Assembly: GCA_016872175.1 (NCBI GenBank)
Contig: VHBA01000003.1
Location: 790 to 64,789 of the forward strand
From: Sphingomonadales bacterium
GTDB lineage: Bacteria > Bacteroidota > Bacteroidia > NS11-12g > UBA955
DNA: 64,000 nucleotides
Reading direction: 5' to 3'
Shown here: positions 58,278 to 64,000 of the stretch, in pieces
How positions within the stretch are numbered: position 1 is the first letter of the stretch
Layout: each line of letters begins with the position of its first letter
Position numbers and translations under genes: made by a program
The notes under the pieces: model-generated
What the model was told of the DNA's origin: nothing
What the model saw: the letters and a program-made list of their open reading frames with translations, nothing else
The model's database searches: none

Positions 58278-59293
58278 TGGCAAAGCATCTTTGGAAAATG
58301 CTTGCTGTCCTTTTTCTTGCGTATGTGCTGGTGGGAGGGTTGTTTGTGCCGCTGAAAACGGGTGTTACCGGCGTTGATAAGCTAAATATCATTTCCGATA
58401 CCACAACCACGCTAAACATAGATATTTATAATCCGGGTGAATCATTTAAACCCGAAAAAGCCGTGCTGGGAGGAAAGTATGGTTTTGTGGCAGATAGATT
58501 GGCTTATGATTCCGGTATTTTACATGCCGACTTCCTTCCCAGGCTTGGTAAAGAAGGTCCAGAGGGTATGAGTAATTTGTATGTGCTGGCCAATGGTCGC
58601 TGGATGGCTTTTCCTTCGGCAGTTTCCATCACACGTGCAACTTCCGACACAGGTACAAGCAATGCTCAGCCTATTGCTTCTGATGATTTGGATGCCCATG
58701 TAATGGCTTTTCCCAACAGACCCATCCTGAATGAAAGCATCAGAAACCTCTTTTATCATGTTCCCATGTGGTTTAGCATGATATTGCTTTTGCTGGTTTC
58801 GGCCGTGTATTCTGTTAAATATCTTGTAAAACCCAATTTACACTTTGATCTGCGCAGTGATGCCTTGATACGTGTGGCTATTCTGGCCGGTTTTCTGGGT
58901 TGTGCCACAGGTTCTGTTTGGGCCAGTGTTACCTGGGACAGCTGGTGGCCTCGTGACCCCAAACTCAATGGCGTTGCCATAGGAATGCTGATGTATAGCG
59001 CTTACCTGCTGCTAAGGTCCGGTATTCGCGATGATTACCAAAAAGCCCGAATCAGTGCGGTTTATAATCTGTTTGTTTTCCCCGTATTCATTGCCCTGAT
59101 TGTTATAATGCCCAAATTGAGCGGAGACAGCCTGCATCCCGGGGCCGGCGGAACCGTAGGTTTTAATCAGTATGACCTGGATAATACCATGAGAATGTTC
59201 TTTTACCCGGCTGTAATTGGCTGGATACTGCTGTTCCTCTGGGTTGCATCTTTACATTACAGAATCAATAAATTGAAAAATCCGATAAATTAA
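58277..59293 (+). CDS. ccmC: Cytochrome c maturation heme exporter CcmC with an inserted soluble domain
   Basis: IRNLFYHVP, WWD motif TGSVWASVTWDSWWPRDPK, SLHP. Confidence 0.9.
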   Translation: MAKHLWKMLAVLFLAYVLVGGLFVPLKTGVTGVDKLNIISDTTTTLNIDIYNPGESFKPEKAVLGGKYGFVADRLAYDSGILHADFLPRLGKEGPEGMSNLYVLANGRWMAFPSAVSITRATSDTGTSNAQPIASDDLDAHVMAFPNRPILNESIRNLFYHVPMWFSMILLLLVSAVYSVKYLVKPNLHFDLRSDALIRVAILAGFLGCATGSVWASVTWDSWWPRDPKLNGVAIGMLMYSAYLLLRSGIRDDYQKARISAVYNLFVFPVFIALIVIMPKLSGDSLHPGAGGTVGFNQYDLDNTMRMFFYPAVIGWILLFLWVASLHYRINKLKNPIN

Positions 59294-59297
59294 ATAT

Positions 59298-59510
59298 ATG
59301 AAAAAAAAGTCAATTTTCCTAATATTTATGCTGTTTTTGTTAAGCAATGCCACGCCGTTGCTTGCTGAAAACAGCCCCATGCGCGGTAATGCCAAATTTA
59401 ATGTGGTGGCTACCGTGCTGGTAATCATATTCGCAGGTGTAATCGGTTATTTGGTTTACCTGGACAGAAAACTGAGCAGGATGGAAAAAGACAAAGAAAA
59501 CCTGTCATGA
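59298..59510 (+). CDS. ccmD: CcmD family protein
   Basis: MR.N.K..VV..VL.IIF.G...YL..LDRKL..ME, between ccmC and ccmE. Confidence 0.82.
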   Translation: MKKKSIFLIFMLFLLSNATPLLAENSPMRGNAKFNVVATVLVIIFAGVIGYLVYLDRKLSRMEKDKENLS

Positions 59511-59905
59511 AACCCCTGCATATTATATTGCTATTAATGGCAGCCCTCGGAATTGGGGCTGTTATTAGTCTTTATGGAAATACCACCCAGTATATAGCTT
59601 TCAAGGATGCAGAGACTCTTGCCAAAGAAAATCCTGGAAAGGAATATCATGTAGCTTGTAAGCTGAATAAACAGAAGCCGATTTTATACAATCCGCAGAA
59701 AGATCCGAATTACCTTGAATTCTGGGCGATAGATAGTTTGGGCAAGGAAATGAAAGTGGTATTTGGAAAGCCAAAGCCACAGGACATGGAACGCAGTCAA
59801 AAACTTGTGCTGATTGGTTTTCAGGAGAAAGATTATTTCAGGGCCAATTCCATACTCAGTAAGTGTCCGAGTAAATATGAGGACGAACCCGTTAACAACC
59901 GCTAA
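59507..59905 (+). CDS. ccmE: Heme chaperone CcmE (CxxxY type)
   Basis: N-terminal TM, KPQD.ERS..LV..G, F.A..IL.KCPSKY. Confidence 0.9.
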   Translation: MKPLHIILLLMAALGIGAVISLYGNTTQYIAFKDAETLAKENPGKEYHVACKLNKQKPILYNPQKDPNYLEFWAIDSLGKEMKVVFGKPKPQDMERSQKLVLIGFQEKDYFRANSILSKCPSKYEDEPVNNR

Positions 59906-59908
59906 CAC

Positions 59909-62548
59909 TTGGAAAATATTCAGTTTAATGGTGAAATGCTGTGGCCTGGAAATCTAGGGCAGTTTTTCATTGTGCTTTGCACGGTAGCGTCGTTGGGTGC
60001 GGCCTGGTTTTATTTTCGGTCAGCCAATAAAGAGGAAGATTTAGACAGGCGCTGGGCACGCAGAATGTTTTATGTACAGGCATTTTCTGTACTGGCCATT
60101 TTCACTATTCTTTTTTGGATAATATTCAAACACCGATACGAATATTATTATGCGTGGCGCCATAGCAGCAATGCACTGCCGGTTTACTACATGATTTCCT
60201 GTTTTTGGGAAGGGCAGGAGGGAAGTTTTCTGCTATGGATGTTCTGGAATGCAGTTCTCGGATTGATTTTGCTACGCAAAGCCGGTCAGTGGGAAAGTCC
60301 TGTTATGGCAGTAGTCTCATTTGTGCAGTTGGGTTTAAGTACCATGTTACTCGGTCTTGGGCAGGGTGCGGCAGAATGGTCTATTCACATAGGTAGCAGC
60401 CCGTTTGATCTGCTGCGGGAACAAAGACCCGATTTTCTGCAAACTCCGGTAATGGGAACTATTGGTGGACCGGCCAATTATCTTCAGATATTTAAAGATG
60501 GAAACGGGCTTAATCAATTGCTGCAAAACTACTGGATGGTAATACATCCGCCTACGTTGTTTTTGGGCTTTGCTACTGCCATGGTACCCTTTGCCTACAG
60601 CATTGCCGGTTTATGGAAAAACAACGACCGCGGCTGGATTTCACCGGCTATTACGTGGAGTCTTGTGTGTGTAGGAATTCTGGGTGCCGGTATAATCATG
60701 GGGGGTTTCTGGGCCTATGAAAGTCTTTCATTTGGCGGTTACTGGGCCTGGGATCCGGTAGAAAACGCCAGTTTAATGCCCTGGCTGATAATGGCTTCAG
60801 CATCCCATATGCTGCTGATATCAAGAAGTACAGGCCGTCATTTGTTTACTGCTCATTTGCTGGTTCAGCTCAGTTTCTGGCTGGTGTTATACGCCACATT
60901 CCTTACCCGCAGCGGCATTTTGGGCGAAGCCAGTGTGCATTCATTTACCGATTTGGGATTAAGTGGACAACTGCTGATTTTGCTGTTGTCGCTGATGATG
61001 TTAAGCGTGCTGTCTGCCTTGCAAAATGCAAAATGGCGCTGGTCGGTGATTATAGGCTTTGTTGCCCTGGTGCTGGTGTTTAGCCTGCTTACCTTGTATG
61101 GTGGAAAGAAGAATCAGGAACAACTAACCCAAATCATGAAATGGACCGGTGTGATAGTTTTTACCGGTGTGTTTTCATGGTTTATTTACCAATTGTATTC
61201 CCGCACCAAAACTCAACAGGAAGACGAGCGCTGGCTGAGCCGTGAAATGTGGATGTTTATCGGGGCCATGTTTCTTATCCTCTCATTGGTGCAGGTCTTT
61301 TCCGCTACATCAATTCCTGTATTCAACAAACTTTTTGGTTTTAGCAAAGCACCACCGAAACCTGAGGAATACAATGCTTTTCAATTGTGGCTGGCCATGC
61401 CTGTCATGCTGCTCATGGCCGTAGGCCAGTGTTTTCGCTGGCGCGATACGGATGCAAAAGTGCTGGGAAAACAGTTACTTTGGGTACTTGGAATTGGTTT
61501 GGTGGTTTCAGGTCTTGTTAATTTGATTTTCGGCATCAGCCAACCCAAATACATGTTGTTTTTACTATTGGGAGTTATGTTGTTTGTAGCCAATGTAATG
61601 TACCTGCGTCAGCAGCAAAAGCCAGTTTGGCTGGCCTGGGGTGGAAGCGTTGCGCATGCCGGCTTTGGAATTCTGCTGGTGGGGGTATTGGTTTCTTCGG
61701 TAAACCAAAAAATACTTACATCTACCGAGGGTATACGATTTGCCTCAGAACTTAACAAAGACGGGAAAGTAGATGAGAAAGCGGTTAAATTCAACCGTGA
61801 GAATGTTATTCTGTATCAAAAACAGCCTGTGCAGCTTGGTGAATTCACAGCATCCTTTCAGGAAGTAATTCAGGATAAAGGCAATGACACCATCGACAAA
61901 TATTTCAGAGTGTTTTTTACCCGGCTAAATAAGGACGGAACAATAGCAGATTCATTTACTTTATATCCAAAAACCCAAAACAACCCAAAAATGGGACTGC
62001 TGGCTGAACCCAGTACCCGTCATTTTATAAGCAGGGATATCTTTACGCATGTAAATTATGAAAGCAGTTTGGAAAAGAAAGAGCCATTCAGCGATTTCCA
62101 GGAAACCGTTGCCGCCCCCGGAGAAACGATCCTTACTGCATCGGGTAAGGTGAAGCTGCGTATTGATAGTGTAAGCCGTTTTAGCAGTGAAGAAGGTGCC
62201 GGTGTGCAGCTGGGTATTACCGCCATTCGGCTGCAAGATTCTGCGGTATTATTTCCCAGGTTTATCGTAAATACTTCCCAAAATAATTTTTCATCTATTC
62301 CTGCAATGAGTTCAGAACTTGGTGTAATTGCAGATATTGTGAATATTGAAGTGCCGGAACCCGGGCAATCTTCCGATAAAGTAAGGTTCCTGATTAAAAC
62401 CGGTGAGAGAAGTCCCCAGAAAAATTATATCGTTATCAAAGCCATCGAATTTCCCTGGATAAACCTCGTATGGGCCGGCACCATTATCATGGTAATCGGA
62501 TTTGCCATGGCAGTGGTATATCGGGTTAAACAAAATGCTGCCGCATAA
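59909..62548 (+). CDS. ccmF: Cytochrome c heme lyase CcmF
   Basis: WEGQEGSFLLW, IHPP, WAYESLSFGGYWAWDPVEN, TRSG...SVHSF, AH.G, PWINLVW. Confidence 0.95.
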   Translation: MENIQFNGEMLWPGNLGQFFIVLCTVASLGAAWFYFRSANKEEDLDRRWARRMFYVQAFSVLAIFTILFWIIFKHRYEYYYAWRHSSNALPVYYMISCFWEGQEGSFLLWMFWNAVLGLILLRKAGQWESPVMAVVSFVQLGLSTMLLGLGQGAAEWSIHIGSSPFDLLREQRPDFLQTPVMGTIGGPANYLQIFKDGNGLNQLLQNYWMVIHPPTLFLGFATAMVPFAYSIAGLWKNNDRGWISPAITWSLVCVGILGAGIIMGGFWAYESLSFGGYWAWDPVENASLMPWLIMASASHMLLISRSTGRHLFTAHLLVQLSFWLVLYATFLTRSGILGEASVHSFTDLGLSGQLLILLLSLMMLSVLSALQNAKWRWSVIIGFVALVLVFSLLTLYGGKKNQEQLTQIMKWTGVIVFTGVFSWFIYQLYSRTKTQQEDERWLSREMWMFIGAMFLILSLVQVFSATSIPVFNKLFGFSKAPPKPEEYNAFQLWLAMPVMLLMAVGQCFRWRDTDAKVLGKQLLWVLGIGLVVSGLVNLIFGISQPKYMLFLLLGVMLFVANVMYLRQQQKPVWLAWGGSVAHAGFGILLVGVLVSSVNQKILTSTEGIRFASELNKDGKVDEKAVKFNRENVILYQKQPVQLGEFTASFQEVIQDKGNDTIDKYFRVFFTRLNKDGTIADSFTLYPKTQNNPKMGLLAEPSTRHFISRDIFTHVNYESSLEKKEPFSDFQETVAAPGETILTASGKVKLRIDSVSRFSSEEGAGVQLGITAIRLQDSAVLFPRFIVNTSQNNFSSIPAMSSELGVIADIVNIEVPEPGQSSDKVRFLIKTGERSPQKNYIVIKAIEFPWINLVWAGTIIMVIGFAMAVVYRVKQNAAA

Positions 62549-63278
62549 ATGGTATATTGCAGGCACCGGTAACCTGGGCAGGGCGCTCGGTGAATTACTG
62601 CAAGCTTCAACTGAAATTGAATTCGGAGGATGGCTTAGCCGCAATTCATCTGATGTTGATGTTTCACCGGTGTTCAATATTGAAACATATGCCGATCCCG
62701 GTGCAGGCGTTTTTCTGTGTATTCCGGATCGTTTTATTGAAACAACTGCTATTGAGCTTAAGCAGCGTTTTTCGGCAGTGGTGCACTGTAGCGGTATGCA
62801 ACCGTTGTTTGCTTCCTGCAATGCTGTTTGCTGGCCCATGCAAACATTTTCAGCGGATGTGCCATCGGTGTGGAATAATGTTCCTGTGTTTATTGAAGCA
62901 AGCAACACTGATTTGTTGGATTATTTAACCAATTTCTTCGGTAAATTGGGCGCGAAAACACTGGTTTCAGGTCTGAAAGAACGCCAAACAGCCCATCTAG
63001 CAGCAGTAATTGCCAATAATTTCAGCAATGCCATGTTCGCATTTGCCGCCGATGTATTAGCTACACGCAACCTTGATTCTGATTTGTTATTGCCAATTAT
63101 ACACCAAACGGTCGAAAAATTAAACCGTGTCAGTGCGAAGGATGCACAAACAGGGCCAGCTATACGCGAAGATTTAAATAGTATTCAAATGCAGGCAGAA
63201 ATGCTGAAAAACAACCCTGAATTGCAGCATATATACCGTGAAATCTCTGCCGCAATTCCTGTTTTGTTTAGAAATTAA
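62535..63278 (+). CDS. Rossmann-like plus DUF2520 domain protein
   Basis: GTGNLG, VHCSG, PMQTFS, HLAAV..NNF.N, QTGPA.R.D. Confidence 0.9.
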   Translation: MLPHKWYIAGTGNLGRALGELLQASTEIEFGGWLSRNSSDVDVSPVFNIETYADPGAGVFLCIPDRFIETTAIELKQRFSAVVHCSGMQPLFASCNAVCWPMQTFSADVPSVWNNVPVFIEASNTDLLDYLTNFFGKLGAKTLVSGLKERQTAHLAAVIANNFSNAMFAFAADVLATRNLDSDLLLPIIHQTVEKLNRVSAKDAQTGPAIREDLNSIQMQAEMLKNNPELQHIYREISAAIPVLFRN

Positions 63279-63347
63279 TTCATTTATTAAACGTTTTGTT
63301 TTAAAAATATTTTACCTTTGATACGGTATTTATTTTTAGACAATAAC

Positions 63348-63686
63348 ATGGATACGACGGCAACTGTTGTTAAAACATCCAGTATTTTGCTGCTGGAATA
63401 TAGAGGTCTCGAAGTTTGTTTATTTCCTTCCGATAAGACTCCAATCCATTTTTATGCCACAAGCGGTTATGATGTGGCAATGGCCAGAATTGTCTTCAAA
63501 AATGGTATTTTTGAGAAAACTGAAATACTGAATGTGCAGGGCTCAAGTCCAATGTCAGATAAGAATAGAGAGCGTTTTAGGGTTATAGTGGAAGAGTATC
63601 TTTCGGAACTGGTTCGCCAGTGGATTGACTACTACATTTATTCAAAAATGCCCCAAAGCGAAAAGATTCTTAAGAATCTGGAATGA
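63348..63686 (+). CDS. DUF4160-like protein, divergent
   Basis: EY.G......S...PIH, G..P, IV..W.DY.....P..EKI pattern. TACCTTTG at 63313-63320. Confidence 0.55.
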   Translation: MDTTATVVKTSSILLLEYRGLEVCLFPSDKTPIHFYATSGYDVAMARIVFKNGIFEKTEILNVQGSSPMSDKNRERFRVIVEEYLSELVRQWIDYYIYSKMPQSEKILKNLE

Positions 63687-63692
63687 ATCGGT

Positions 63693-64000
63693 TTATTTGA
63701 TTTTCAACCGAAATCCCATGTAGGCGTTTATTCCGATTACAGGGCCCCAGGCATAGGCAGCATCAAACCAGGGTTGTTGAGGGTTTTCTGCCGATAGTAC
63801 CGGATTCTCCTGCACAATGTTCAACAAATTTTCGCCACCTGCATACCACTCCCATTTTTTACTGATATCTTTACTTAATTGCAGATTAACTATTGTATAC
63901 GACGGACTCCATGGCAGCATTTGATTTTGCTCGGGGAGGCTTGATGTCTCAGGTAATCTTTTTGGGCTGTTCCACTGAAATATAGCGTCCATGTGCCATT
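63693..64000 (-). CDS. TonB-dependent receptor, C-terminal fragment (5' part outside the window)
   Basis: NLQLSK, Y.GGENLLN..Q.NP, FDA...WGP..G...Y.GFR. Confidence 0.85.
   Translation of the reverse strand, partial: WHMDAIFQWNSPKRLPETSSLPEQNQMLPWSPSYTIVNLQLSKDISKKWEWYAGGENLLNIVQENPVLSAENPQQPWFDAAYAWGPVIGINAYMGFRLKIK

Overview
This is a gene-dense stretch of core chromosome from a Bacteroidota bacterium. The evidence for that is TAnnTTTG -7 promoter elements, gldB and an sprE/porW-like gene, a T9SS cargo protein, and an atpBEFHAG operon lacking atpD/atpC. I count about 62 CDS and found no RNA genes, CRISPR arrays, prophage or IS elements. Housekeeping content includes PBP1A, ATP synthase, RelA/SpoT, DnaG, NadE, PurC, DapD, DnaX, two two-component systems and a ccmCDEF cluster. 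The most notable signals are: (1) dnaX split at an A10 run followed by a hairpin, so the unshifted product is gamma and tau needs a -1 recoding event; (2) a bactofilin partner gene that keeps the N-terminal/TM/coiled-coil part but has no M23 peptidase domain; (3) a DnaA-box plus AT-rich intergenic region after dnaG (candidate oriC); (4) a CcmC with a ~118-aa inserted soluble domain next to a CxxxY-type CcmE; (5) an ECF-type promoter ahead of a small-protein/LytS/LytTR operon; (6) many -7 elements only 4-8 nt from start codons, suggesting near-leaderless mRNAs; (7) an orphan DUF4160-like gene. All family calls come from motif recognition by eye, with no database searches, and adjusted start codons are inferences.
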